DNA of 64,000 nucleotides from Oculina patagonica (Eukaryota): NCBI RefSeq assembly GCF_052425735.1, contig NC_135761.1, positions 44,516,001 to 44,580,000 of the forward strand, read 5' to 3'. Shown piece by piece: positions 14,056 to 25,584 of this stretch (position 1 is its first letter; each line of letters starts with the position of its first letter). The notes under the pieces were generated by a model. It saw only the letters and a program-made list of their open reading frames with translations, ran no database searches and was not told where the DNA came from. The position numbers and the translations under genes were made by a program.

Positions 14056-14491
14056 GTTAATATTGTTACTATTAACGTCTTGAGGATGCTAAAACTTCGA
14101 CTTTTAACAATTATTTTTTCATGTGAGGCGTCAGCAGATCTATTCTTATCGACCTCTCTAAACGAGTTTAAAAAGGAATTAAAACCACACTTTCGGGTTT
14201 ACCTAGGATTTAAATTTCTACACACGACATTCTTGTAAAGCAGGTTTATTATGTTACCTCTAGTAGTTAGTCTCTTTTAGTTATTGTTATTAGTGGTTTT
14301 TATCCTTTAATGTTCTTAATCTATGATTTTTACCTGAATGGAAATATCGTATCTTACTGTGCGACTTCTTTAACCAAGGTTACCTGACAAATCTGTGCAA
14401 AATAGGGAAAGAAAACCTTGTGACCGTAAAAAGCATTTGCTTGGGTGGCCTTGGTTGGAGTAGTTTCACTCAAAATATCAAAACTGCTTTT

Positions 14492-15192
14492 CTACAACAA
14501 CAACTACTACCACAACCACTACCACTACCACTATAGCTACCGCTACCGCTACTGCTTCTGCTTCTGCTAGTGCTAGTGCTAGTGCTAGTGCTAGTGCTAG
14601 TGCTAGTGCTAGTGCTAGTGCTAGTGCTAGTGCTAGTGCTAGTGCTAGTGCTAGTGCTAGTGCCAGTGCCACTGCCACTGCCACTGCCACTGCCACTGCC
14701 ACTGCCCCTGCNNNNNNNNNNNNNNNNNNNNNNNNNNNNNNNNNNNNNNNNNNNNNNNNNNNNNNNNNNNNNNNNNNNNNNNNNNNNNNNNNNNNNNNNN
14801 NNNNNNNNNNNNNNNNNNNNNNNNNNNNNNNNNNNNNNNNNNNNNNNNNNNNNNNNNNNNNNNNNNNNNNNNNNNNNNNNNNNNNNNNNNNNNNNNNNNN
14901 NNNNNNNNNNNNNGCCATTGCTACTGCTACTGCTACTGTTACTGCTACTNNNNNNNNNNNNNNNNNNNNNNNNNNNNNNNNNNNNNNNNNNNNNNNNNNN
15001 NNNNNNNNNNNNNNNNNNNNNNNNNNNNNNNNNNNNNNNNNNNNNNNNNNNNNNNNNNNNNNNNNNNNNNNNNNNNNNNNNNNNNNNNNNNNNNNNNNNN
15101 NNNNNNNNNNNNNNNNNNNNNNNNNNNNNNNNNNNNNNACTGCTACTGTTACTGCTACTGCTACTGCTACTGTTACTGCTACTGCTACTGCT
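14492..15192. repeat. Compound hexa/trinucleotide microsatellite ((GCTAGT)n, (GCCACT)n, (ACTGCT)n) with two N blocks (14712-14913, 14950-15138)
   Basis: Direct reading; accounts for the low-complexity ORFs 14478-15284 and 14570-15226. Confidence 0.95.
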
Positions 15193-15859
15193 TGTACTAG
15201 GGAAACGAGGGTGGGGAAGTACTTAAAAGAGATGATAATATTGAGCCCTAGGTTTGTATTTACTCGCTCGAATGATGGCGTCACTCAAATAAGGTATTAA
15301 ATTGCTCGGAACAATGGTTATTTAAGCTTAGTTATTAGAATTTGAGATTGATATCAACAAGTACGTTCAGCTCAAAAAACACCGATTCTACCGTTGAGCC
15401 TCTGACCTTTTCCAAGTCTTCTTTAGATCCTACAGAGCATTGACAAGCCAAGATAAAGGAACCTGAATGCTTGTGTTTTGTATCAGATTAAGTACAAAAT
15501 TATACCAATAAGAAAGGGCATGCAAACTAGGTATATAGTTTCATGTTTGGAGTAAAATAGTTTAGCATCTGGGTCAATTATAAGTAATTTATCTACGTGA
15601 AATAAAAGTTAAACCATGAAGAGACGCTTTTATGCCTCTTGCCACCGAGCAGTACAAACATAATTCACTTCCTGGGATACTCTGTTCAACCAATATTTTG
15701 TTCATGCTTGATGATACTAATATTTTTTTTAGTTATTAGTCTCCATTGTATTGATTATTCCATGCCAAGTCCTCTGTTACTTATTAGCACGTACTTGAAT
15801 AACACAGCATTTGACGCATAACACAAGTAACTTTCATTGTAGCCAACGATTTTTGCATT

Positions 15860-16589
15860 TTATTCCTCGCGAAGCGAGGCCGAAGGCCGAGCGTAGCGGG
15901 GTGTATAATTTTGTTCCTCAAAGGGCTCAGGCGGGATGAAATCTCGTGTGGAGTTTACGGTCATATATATATATTTATTTGTGAGCTTGGTGTGTGGCGG
16001 AAATGACGTCACACGGCCGCCGCGCGCTGGTGGCCTAATGGTAAGGCGTCGGACTTGAAATCAGATCTTCGGGACTAAGGCCGGTGGTTCGAATCCGGCT
16101 AGGTTTTTTTTCTTTTTTTTTCTTTTGTGGGTTCGAATCCTGAGCTTTTCATTTTTATCGTTTTTCTTTTCGGATTAAAATAACACTGATTTCCACATGA
16201 TACTCCCTCGACGCCTATAATAATTCAGGCTATAAACCTTCGGGCGGGCGGAGGGTTCGAATCCTCCTGCCGTTCGTTCTTCTTCTTTTTTTAATGCCCT
16301 CAAATAAATGTCCAAAATGCGACTATCCAATAATTTGTCGATGATTTTGAAAATAGCCTGCGCTTCCCAACGCCTTATACCTCTTTACGAACCAGAAAGA
16401 GCCGCCATCTTCAAAGCGGAGTAGACCCTGGGAACGAGGGTGTCGCGGGCATGCCCGTTACTAGGCAACAATAACAAATCACCGGTTAAAACCGGTTATC
16501 ACTCATTATTTACAACACCCCCACCCCCCCCCCCCCCCCGCCCAAACCCAGAGCTTCGCGAGGCCCTGCGAGTCACGTATTACTAGTTT
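15860..16589 (+). mobile_element. Helentron-associated (HINE/DINE-1-like) non-autonomous element
   Basis: 11-bp subterminal inverted repeats CCTCGCGAAGC (15865-15875) and GCTTCGCGAGG (16553-16563), 5' hairpins, T-rich flanks, 3' end ...TACTAGTTT, no TSD seen. Confidence 0.6.
16024..16110 (+). pseudogene. tRNA-derived Pol III unit (tRNA-Arg-like body, anticodon loop CT-TGA-AA); not a functional tRNA
   Basis: A box TGGCCTAATGG, D stem GCCT/AGGC, anticodon stem TCGGA/TCAGA, B box GGTTCGAATCC (16086-16096), then a T8 run. The acceptor stem does not pair and the T arm has an extra TGG. Confidence 0.65.
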
Positions 16590-16764
16590 AATAATAAAAA
16601 AAATGTTAACATCCAGGAGTAACCTCTACGGGGCAGTGAGAGAGCCAAGAGGGGAAATCATAAGGAAAGAGCGAACTTCTTGGATTACACTTTACTTTTG
16701 TGGAGCGAAAAAGAAATCCATGTGATCTTATGAGATTAAAACCCATACGAATTTTTTTATGCAG

Positions 16765-16930
16765 TATGAAGCGACTAGTAATATTGCTACTGACCGATTG
16801 AATGGGATACTAATCACCATCACAGGTTAGCTCCAAGCATTCTGCCAGGTTGCCCTAACAGATCACTGATATTCATTTTTACACACCTGGGTGGAGGGAG
16901 CCATCGTGAGAGTAAAGTTTCCTGCTCGTG
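16765..16930 (+). mobile_element. Decayed SINE fragment (MetaSINE/mermaid-like core); second copy at ~18400-18590
   Basis: TACACACCTGGGTGGAGGGAGCCATCGTGAGAGTAAAGTTTCCTGCTC resembles the metazoan SINE core as recalled; not database-verified. Confidence 0.5.
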
Positions 16931-17395
16931 GATCTTTTTCGTCTGTACACCTCTTATCTTTAGGAAAGACTGAGTTGAACAGAAAAGTGATAGCAATAAC
17001 AGGAATTGACGACATTTTTGTATTCTTAAGACAAAACAAATTGGAGAAAGGAAAGGATATGGTTATTCCATTAAGTCGTCTTTGCCAGAGGCTATTCTAT
17101 CGGCTATCTTGAGATCACAGCTTTTGAGATATTGGTTTGAGCAGACGTGGATGGACAATTTCTAGAATAGTATATTGAAGAAAAAATGTTATGACCATGT
17201 TTTCTATGTCGATTTAATTAAGGTAAGGGTAACGTCGACTGTTTTAAAAGTCATTTTTATGCAGTATAAAGTGTCTAGAAATAACACTACTGACTGACAG
17301 GATAGAAGAGAGGCATTATGAGAGTAATGCTTCTCTCTTTTCATTTCTCTTTTGCCGAACGAAAAAGTAGTCCATGCAATCTTATGTGATTCAGA

Positions 17396-17690
17396 CAATA
17401 CGAGCCCACGTTTTATATGGGCTAATAGTCAACGAAGCGCAGCAAAGCTGACAAGCGGCCCGGCACAGAAAAAAAAGGTACAGTGGTCTAATTGCTTAAC
17501 ACATTTTAAAAGACACTAAAGGATTTCAGTTCAAAATTTTTGTATTATGAAACCAAAAATCAAGACTAATTTCCTTTTGTTTTTTGTTTTTCAGAACAAC
17601 GAGCGCGCGCGATCGTGTGTTATCAGCGATTAGAAAGAGAAGCAATAAGATCCGCAGATTTCTAAGAGGACAGTTTAGAGTCATTTTTGG
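17396..17690 (+). mobile_element. Decayed copy of the hairpin-ended element at 28988-29283
   Basis: Shares ACGAGCCC..GTTTT.TATG, AATAGTCAACGA.GCGCAGC, GTCTAATTG, CTAAAGGATT.CAGT.CAAAA and CAAAAATCAAGA with that element. Confidence 0.65.
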
Positions 17691-17770
17691 CGAAAGATGT
17701 TAAAGCACTAAATCTTATTTAAGCATCTTTACTTCTATTTTCCTCTGAGCTTGTTCTTTAAAGCTACTTA

Positions 17771-17900
17771 AGCCTGGTTCTCATATGATCGTCCCGATCG
17801 TCTCTGTCGCTTCAAAAAGTTTGCTTGCTCCAATCAGCTCAGACTTTGCAAACGACAGAAGCGACAGAGACGATCGGGGCGATCATATGAGAACCAGCCT
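17771..17900. mobile_element. PIF/Harbinger-type MITE, 130 bp
   Basis: TTA|AGCCTGGTTCTCATATGATCG...CGATCATATGAGAACCAGCCT|TTA with ~43-bp arms. Confidence 0.85.
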
Positions 17901-19449
17901 TTAAGAGTGAGAGAACTTTTTAAATAATTTTTCAATGCACTAACTTACCACTGATCTCTATTCTATTATTATAAAAATCACCTTCTCGATGAACGTTCAA
18001 AATAAAAAATAAACGTTAGAATACGTTAAGTAAGATAATAAAGACCATGATGAATCACTTACCCTTTGATCATCCGCAGAGTTACGTTGTCGCCTACAGA
18101 ATAAATGAATTCAAATTGCAGATAGTTACTAAAAATCTACAACTTATGAAAAAATAATAAAATAATATTCTTACGTCATAAACTATTGTCGAACTAAATA
18201 GTTATTCCATTAAGTCGTCTTTGCCAGAGGCTATTCTATCTGCTATCGCGAGATGATACCCTTGTGAACTCGGTTTAAACAGACGTAGTTGGACAGTTTC
18301 TTCAGATTCTAGATTTGTACACTGATTAAAATATTAAAAAGAAACTATGATTCCTATGTCTAATTTTCAAAGGGTAAGGTCTACCGTTCTAATGCAGCGT
18401 GAGACAACTAGGGTTTGCTAACTGACCGGATGGGATAATAGTCGCAATCACAGGTAAGCCCATAGCACTGTGTCAGATCACTGGTGTTCAATTATACACC
18501 TGGGTAAAGAAGTTCGTGCTCGAGAATTCCACATAACGACGACAGCGCCTTGGAGTGAAACTCGGATCACACGGCCAGGAGTCCAACGCATAAAACCCCG
18601 CTAAGGGAATAACCACTGTTATTTTTGTCGGTTTCAGCGGCTTTGTTTGTTTTACTGCCTCGGGTTTATTGCTTTCCAACTTATCTCAAGATTTCCTCTC
18701 TCCACCCAGGTGTATAAATGCTTGATTTTCGCATGACGCCATCAAAATTCTCATATCCAAAGTTGCGAGACCCCGGACTATTTATCCTTCACGGAATATT
18801 AGACGTCTTTTATATACATTTTATTAAAGGTTTTCAGCTCGATAATATCCGCCGTCTTTAAGATATAGCATTTTGAATTTCGAAGTTCCCCACCACACGA
18901 CATCAAAATGGCCGCCTGAAGGCTGTCACGAATGCTTAAAGAGAAAATGCCTCACCCTGTTATTTTTAACAATCTGAACAGTTGAGGTTATACGAGTGAT
19001 GTTTATGTGATTGTTTACGTGTTCATGAAGGTGAACTGACGGCTTTTTATAAAAGAAGTAAATGCCAGATGTTTTCATTGATTTCCAGAGACCATCTTGG
19101 AGGCTCTTCACACGGACTCCAACATGGCGTTTCCATACTGTGCTCTCTAAATTTTTGTGGAACATTTTGACGGATAACTTGAGTACTGAATATTGTACAG
19201 ACCTGAGACTTGGACACGTAGACTATCTAGTAACTTTCTACGATCTGTAATATACTTGATTTTTTTTTTTGTCTAAATAGCTTTGGATTTATTTTTTAGC
19301 AGCGCGTGACAGTAGCGTTCCTGGCGTGACAGTGAAAACCAGCAATTATTCCGCCATTGTTTCTTAGAAAAAACGTCAAGTATGCATTCTTGCACTGTCC
19401 GTCCTGAACTAACGCATAGCGAGGCTTTGGGCTCTGGGAACTAACAATA

Positions 19450-19802
19450 CCTTATTATGGGAAATTAACGCTCCCATAAATTAAAGTATTTGAAATTGGC
19501 GCGACTTAAATTAACGCATACTGGAGGGAAAATTTCTTTTGAATAAAGGTAATTAACGCGAAGGACGTGGCAAACTTTCAAAATAAAGAAAATGAACTCG
19601 ATTTGAGATGTCTCTAAAGATATTTTGGCTGTTGTACCGCTCTTTTGCCTACTCTCAATATGTTTTCTTCCAATAACATAAGGTCTTACCACTCCACTTT
19701 AGAAATGTAGTGAAAATTAAAGCTCACAAAAAAACGCGAATTAAATTGACGTGATTTTGAAAATGCGTGAATTTCATGGAGCGTTAATTTCCTATAATAA
19801 GG
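19450..19802. mobile_element. Tc1/mariner MITE, same TIR family as 3618-4071
   Basis: TA|CCTTATTATGGGAAATTAACGC ... GCGTTAATTTCCTATAATAAGG|CA. Confidence 0.8.
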
Positions 19803-19856
19803 CAACTCATAACTTTTTTCCTAGCGGGAAAGTAAAAAAAATGTGAAGCCAATGAC

Positions 19857-20100
19857 TTAGCCTATGGATAGGGGAATTTTACAAGGAAAAGTACCTGGTT
19901 TAACTGTCGTATCGTGCTTCGTGCTTCGTGCTTCGTGCGTCGTGCGTCGTGCGTCGCGATCGTGCGTCGTGCGTCGTGCGTCGTGCGTCGTGCGTAGTGC
20001 GTCGTGCGTCGTGCGTCGTGCGTCGTGCGGCGTGTGTCCACGACGTTGAACTTTGCATTTCGGTTTTCGTCCAGATAGGGCTTATAATACTTCATTAGAA
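19857..20100 (+). mobile_element. Probable HINE/DINE-1-like element with a central (CGTCGTG)n microsatellite (19908-20030)
   Basis: 5' TTAGCCTATGGATAGGG hairpin, heptamer array, 3' GATAGGGCTTA subterminal inverted repeat. Confidence 0.5.
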
Positions 20101-20189
20101 CTAATGTGATACTGTGTAAGGTTAGTCGTAATCTTTATCGCACTCTCTTGGTATAAATAGGGTTTCTCACTGATTCTGTTCATTGTTAT

Positions 20190-21060
20190 TAAAACACGTT
20201 TCGGCTAGTTTTTAAGCGTTTACCAGTAGTAATGTTACACGCTATTTGAAAAAAAATTTGCACGAGGCTTGTGCGCGTGACCAGAAAGCGTTATTCGCTC
20301 TCGGTAATTGGTCTCAAGTCTAACAACGTTATCGTTTTCAAAACCCATGTATCGGTTGAATTAGTGGACACGGCCAGCAACTATAGAGCCGTGGTCAAAA
20401 CCTGCCCTTTCATGAGCTGTAATGCGAGTCTCCAATGGTCTTTCTATATGGCCACAGAACAAAGTTGCACTGTGTGCTGATTTTTGACGTTCATATTCAT
20501 CTTGCTCTTTAGGCCTAGAAAAAGGTTGTTGATGGTTACTTGTGGTTTGTACGACACCAGAACCTGTTATCGTTTCAAAACGCGACCAGTTCTTTCAAAA
20601 ACGCCCTTTACATATGAAAGCGCTACAGAGCCATCACTTTTGACATTGGCGGGTTTTTTGTTTAACGCCCCCTCGCAGTTGTTAATAAAAGACAAAGGAT
20701 ATTTTTTTTCTCGTTTTCCTTTGTTTGCTGATGAAATATTTTTAGCCCTTCGTAACAGCGTGTTGACAACAGATCTTTTGTTGCGCAAAAGGGTGGCACA
20801 AAAGGAAATCGAGTTAACAGCCTGTATGTGTTGGTTGCTTTAAACATCCACTCGAATTTCTGTGCCGCGTCTGCTTGGAAAGGTATCTAGAAATGGCAAG
20901 CCTTTGCCATTGTTGATTTTTAGTCCTAAAAATGAACTGTTTATTTGGTTTAATTGAGTTCATATGTTGGAAAAACCCGTCGACTTTATCTTTTTGGCAA
21001 GTATGATAGTCGTCGACATAGCGAAACCACCATTTACTACCCCCTGCCTACTCGTGCTCA
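20190..21060 (-). mobile_element. Decayed Penelope-like retroelement (RT C-terminus plus GIY-YIG remnant)
   Basis: Minus strand reads KWWFRYVDD (~21009-21035), LPFLD (~20885-20900), KRSVVNTLLRRA, LSYVKGVFE and ERPLETRITAH; frameshifted. Confidence 0.8.
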
Positions 21061-22881
21061 AAAGTTAATCGCATTTTCTTTGTTAAGATTCAAAAGTTAC
21101 ACAGCAGATTTTGAAACTCAACATGGGCGGAATTAAATGTTCAATGTTTTTTCTAATGACTACAGTTTCATTTAAAAACCAGGATACGTTCATAACCGGA
21201 TTTTATTCTTTTCTTCGAATAAGTTGCTGCACTTTTCGTCATTTCCCGAGTTAAACACATTTTCGTTTAAATTTCAACCTTGCATTTGAACAATAGACGA
21301 CTCTACGATTTGCCAGTCACACTTCTTATCCCCGCATGAATCAAACCAGGCGTTTCATTCTATGACGTTCGTGTAGTAGTAGCTCATCAATAACTACGAC
21401 CAGCACCGGTTTAGAATGGTCTTTTTATTTGTCAAACTGCTACTGGAGGTTACCAAGAAAGTGATTACAGCCTTGGGTGGAAAATTTTGTGGAATGTAGA
21501 GTTGCACACAAACCACGCGCGTTGTGCGTCAATTTGGCCAATGTCGAGGTTGAAACAAATAAACCAAAAAGCTACTTCGCTGTAAACCACGCCCTTTTTT
21601 GTTTAACGCTGTCGATTATCTACACCTGTTTTCCACCCCCTTGCCGGTCACACGTCCCCTCCCCAGTTAAACCAACCCAATTTATTATATTTATTGAGAT
21701 TGCTCATTGATGATTAAGAACTACGGAAAGCAATTGTTCATAATCATAAATCAACAACAGAAGTATACCGTTCAAGGAGGGACAGTGGTCGCTCCGCTAA
21801 GTTTTAATAACAAACGTGGTTTCTTGTCACATAAATAAAGGGCAAAAGTGAAAGAAGCAAAATAAACAGAAATGTTCTCCCCTCTGTGAGTTTTCTAAAT
21901 CTGATCTGGTTTGTTTTTGGTCGTCTCCGATTTCACTAGTCGCAGCTGACAGTCGAGTAGTCACTTCCTTTGTCTAATGGGCCAAGAACTTGTCAAATAA
22001 AAGCTCTTCGATGAATAAGATTATCACCTGCTTTAACAGTAGTTCATTGTTTGTAAATCTACAAAATAAACAGATTTGTTTTCGAGTCAGAAATTTATAT
22101 AAAAAAAGCTTCTCAATTTTGTGAGTTTCGACCCAGGCAATTTTCATTTCCTCTTGTGAAGTGGGTGATTCAGTTAACACTGGACCCTTGCAAAATTAAA
22201 GAGCAAAATTACTACTGGTTTTATTTTCCTTTTATGGTAATAGAAAAAATGAAAAAAATACAGCCAGTTATAAAATATTAACTACCTGGGCGCCCTATAA
22301 CACATCTTAGAACTGAGTAATTTTATCAGTTTACGCGCAACTTCCTAAAAGGCAAGAGCTGCAAATCGTAAGTATTAATAGTTTTAAATATTTTCATTTG
22401 CCGAATTTTTTTTAAATTACCCTTTCGGTTCATTATAGTTTACTGTTTTAAAGAACTTTTCGTTCTAAAACAATGCAATTTTAATCACTAAAACTGCGCG
22501 GAGGCTCATATCTTTATATAAATATTTGTTACCCTTTGATTAGGGCAATAAAGTTTTGATGCATTAACTGTCTTGAAACTATATATTTCTTTAAATTGTT
22601 TGCACAATTGCTGTCGTGGTTTAAACAGTATTTAGTCGCATGGCTCTTTCTTTTGTTTATTGGAATCGTATTACAGTAACATGCGATGTAATACATTTGC
22701 CTTTCTGCGCAGGAATATTAAATGAGAAGATCTAAAACGATCTAAAATGGAACTATCACGTGTTATATATTCCCAGCAATGTCTCGAGCAACTGAAGAGG
22801 GAAGCCAAGGAACTCATAACTTTAATTTTGTCTATTTACTTTCAGTACGTCTACAGCAAAAGAGGACTGAATTTTGTTAAA

Positions 22882-23509
22882 ATGGCTCTTAAGGTAAGTT
22901 AGCTTTTTATGCCAATTGGCTTGAAATGGGCTTGACAAAAGAAAATGAAATTGGCTACAGCGCTTGACAAAAGTTCCCTTTTTTAAATGTTCTACAAATG
23001 GCAGATAACAAGGAGAACCATTTGGAGTTTTGAGTTATAGTAAATCTAAAACTGCTACTTACTAACTGTAATTAACTCGACTTTCTATGGTGGCTTTGTT
23101 AAGTACGTGCGGTATTGTGGTAAAATGCACAGTCGCCATCTTTCTACCTGCGGTAGATTACGTACGTTATGAATAAAATTGCCTATGATTTTAACGTCTC
23201 TTGCTTTCCCTGTTTTTCCTCAGTGCGCATTGTTTTTGTGTGGTTTTCTCGTTAGCCTTTCATCAGTTATCAGCATCAGGTGCCTTGTCAAGTATTGCGT
23301 TAATAACTATTGTTTTGATCCTGAGATCGTGCAGTGTCCCAATAGCGACGACAAGTGTAGGACCCTAACTTATAACAGGTTTGGACTTGCTGTTTATCGT
23401 ACCTGCTCACATCGATGCGACGAACAAGTTTGCACACACCTGGAAAGTACTGCCGGTGTTACGAACTGTACTGTGACATGTTGCAATACTGATTTATGCA
23501 ATAACCCCG
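22882..23509 (+). CDS. Ly6/uPAR (three-finger) domain protein, exons 22882-22893 and 23224-23509; continues into uncertain 3' exons
   Basis: ATGGCTCTTAAG|GTAAGT, CAG| acceptor at 23223, signal peptide MALKCALFLCGFLVSLSSVIS, domain IRC...CCNTDLCN, donor G|GTGAGT. Confidence 0.85.
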
Positions 23510-24508
23510 GTGAGTACAAGTTTGCATTGCACGTATGACTGTTACATAACAATTGTCAAGTACTTTTGAACGAGAGGGCGGGGGGCAGGGGTGGAAGCAA
23601 CTTCCAAAGCATTATCTTACATGAAATCTGAATAATGTTCTCACGACTTGCAAAGAAATCACTAGCCGGGGGCGGTAGTAAGCGGATACCTTAAAGCCGC
23701 ATAAGCGGATCCTCTCTTCCTGAGCTTTGCCAAAAATTTCAACAATAACAACATGGCAGCCAGTGGGAGCGCTCGATTTGGTACCTTATTTTTAGCAGTT
23801 GAAGAGTTTTCTCAGTTGTGTCATTAAAGCGGGGAGTATTTCTTCCGCAAGGTTCTTGTTGTCAGCACGTGGTTGCTGTTGTGAAATCAAACCACGGCGT
23901 AAATGGAAAATGAAAAGGTGGCCATCGAAATTGCAACACGGGTTGTAAATCGTTGTACATTCCTTTGCATAATCCATTACCCGCTGGTAGTTTTAAGAGA
24001 TAGAGGATAAATCTGATACCGAGCAAATGCATTGTGTCTATAATACAGGCAACAAATGCAAGGAGTTGTTGGTGTATTTAAAATTTTTCAAAATAATTCT
24101 ATATCATCTTCACATCAAGGTGACAAACAGATAGCTTAGATTTGACTACTGAAGGATGGTACATTAGCATTAACATACACATGAAAATACAAAACAGAGA
24201 CGAAAATGTCAAGATAATAGGCATAGTTCAGCGATGAAAATTGGAATCTATTACTATACAAAGAAGACTGCCTTGTCAAATTAAGCGTCCAGCACCATCT
24301 TTGAACAACGGCTTAAAAGCGAGCAGGGAACTATGCCAATCCTTCAGTATTTAAATCTACCGGCCGTCGTACCGACTTTTTCATGTAATTTTCCGGAAAC
24401 TTTGTCTAAGCAACTGATTAGTTTCAAGGAAAATGATAAACTATATTGTAAAGTGATTTAATAGGTTTTGCCCGATTTAATGCTTTGGCCCTATCCTACA
24501 TTTGTGCT

Positions 24509-24539
<31 letters not shown>

Positions 24540-25465
24540 TTTTGTTGTTGTTGCTGTTGTTTTTTGAAACTTTTCTGTGTGAATTTAATAGAATGAACCA
24601 ATTCGCAGCATTTTAGCGAAGCTGTTTCATTTGGAATTATATAACAAACAGCACTCGTCTGTCTTGCTTACCACATCGATCGACTCAATATTGAAATTGA
24701 ATGGCGCGTATACAAACAAGATTCTGCAACACAATCTTGCTAGGTTCATTACCAAACAATTGAAACTAGGCACAGGGGGCCCTCACATCAGATAATAGGA
24801 TGATGAATTTGACCTGCTGTTGTCGCGTCTTTTGTTTTGAAGCAGCCACTTTTTGAATTATAAATGCGCTTTCTGCTCGTAGGTGTTCTGGAACTGCGTT
24901 ACTTGTCACCGGTTATGATACGAGATTCCAGTTCTGTTCACCTCAAGTGACAGAGACATGCGACCACGGAAAGCTGCGAGTTTCAATCCTTGTCACTATA
25001 TTGAACTCGTGGAGATTGGATGTCGTCCCAAGAATAAATTTCCGAAGTATTTTGGTTGTCCCTTTGCGATTCCAGCCCTCCTAACGCCCTACCACGAGGC
25101 CGCATATTAAAAATTCAGAATGGTCGTTTCAAAACAAAATACGCATCAATAGCAGGCAATATTTTTTTCTTCATTCTGTTATCTGATGTGAACGCCCTCT
25201 GTGAATAGGCAAAACATCTTCAGTCTTATTTATTAAGAATTCATTTTTAATTAGTATTAATAAGTAAATTTAGATAGGTGCCTCCAGTTAGTTTCTTGTA
25301 AACTACAACGATAAACGCGTTGATTGATTTGATTTGATGAGGAAAACTATACAGTCTCGAGCACGGCCCTCAAGACTTCAGTACTCAAGACGTCGCGCCC
25401 AGTTTTTCAACACAGTTAGTGTTGTTTTGTATTTCAATGTGACTTACTATTAATGTTATGTACAG

Positions 25466-25584
25466 CTAATGACGAGGCAAGTACGCAAATTACTATCGTT
25501 GACAAGAAGAAAATCCGCAAGGAGATGAGAGAGATCAAGAAAATGTTGGACAAAATGGAAACTTCTCATCACTAGTAAGGTCCG
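25466..25584 (+). CDS. Candidate exon 3 of the Ly6/uPAR gene (a further candidate exon starts at 26382)
   Basis: TACAG| acceptor and CCG|GTGAGT donor. Phase-1 reading ANDEASTQITIVDKKK... stops at 25573-25575; the alternate frame QEENPQGDERDQ... would join GEEPDYSGQNQN at 26382. Confidence 0.4.

Larger units (their letters stand above)
17062..18360. repeat. Local direct duplication (17062-~17230 versus 18201-~18380)
   Basis: GTTATTCCATTAAGTCGTCTTTGCCAGAGGCTATTCTATC is identical at 17062 and 18201, with diverged similarity continuing downstream. Confidence 0.75.

Noticed and set aside
14478-15284. 268-aa and 218-aa ORFs
   Set aside because: They are translations of microsatellite and N blocks.
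16024-16100. Functional tRNA-Ser(TGA)
   Set aside because: No acceptor-stem pairing, a distorted T arm, and a body that looks tRNA-Arg-derived.
19862-20095. Repetitive ORFs (RRTTHDA / VVRRASC)
   Set aside because: Translations of the (CGTCGTG)n array.
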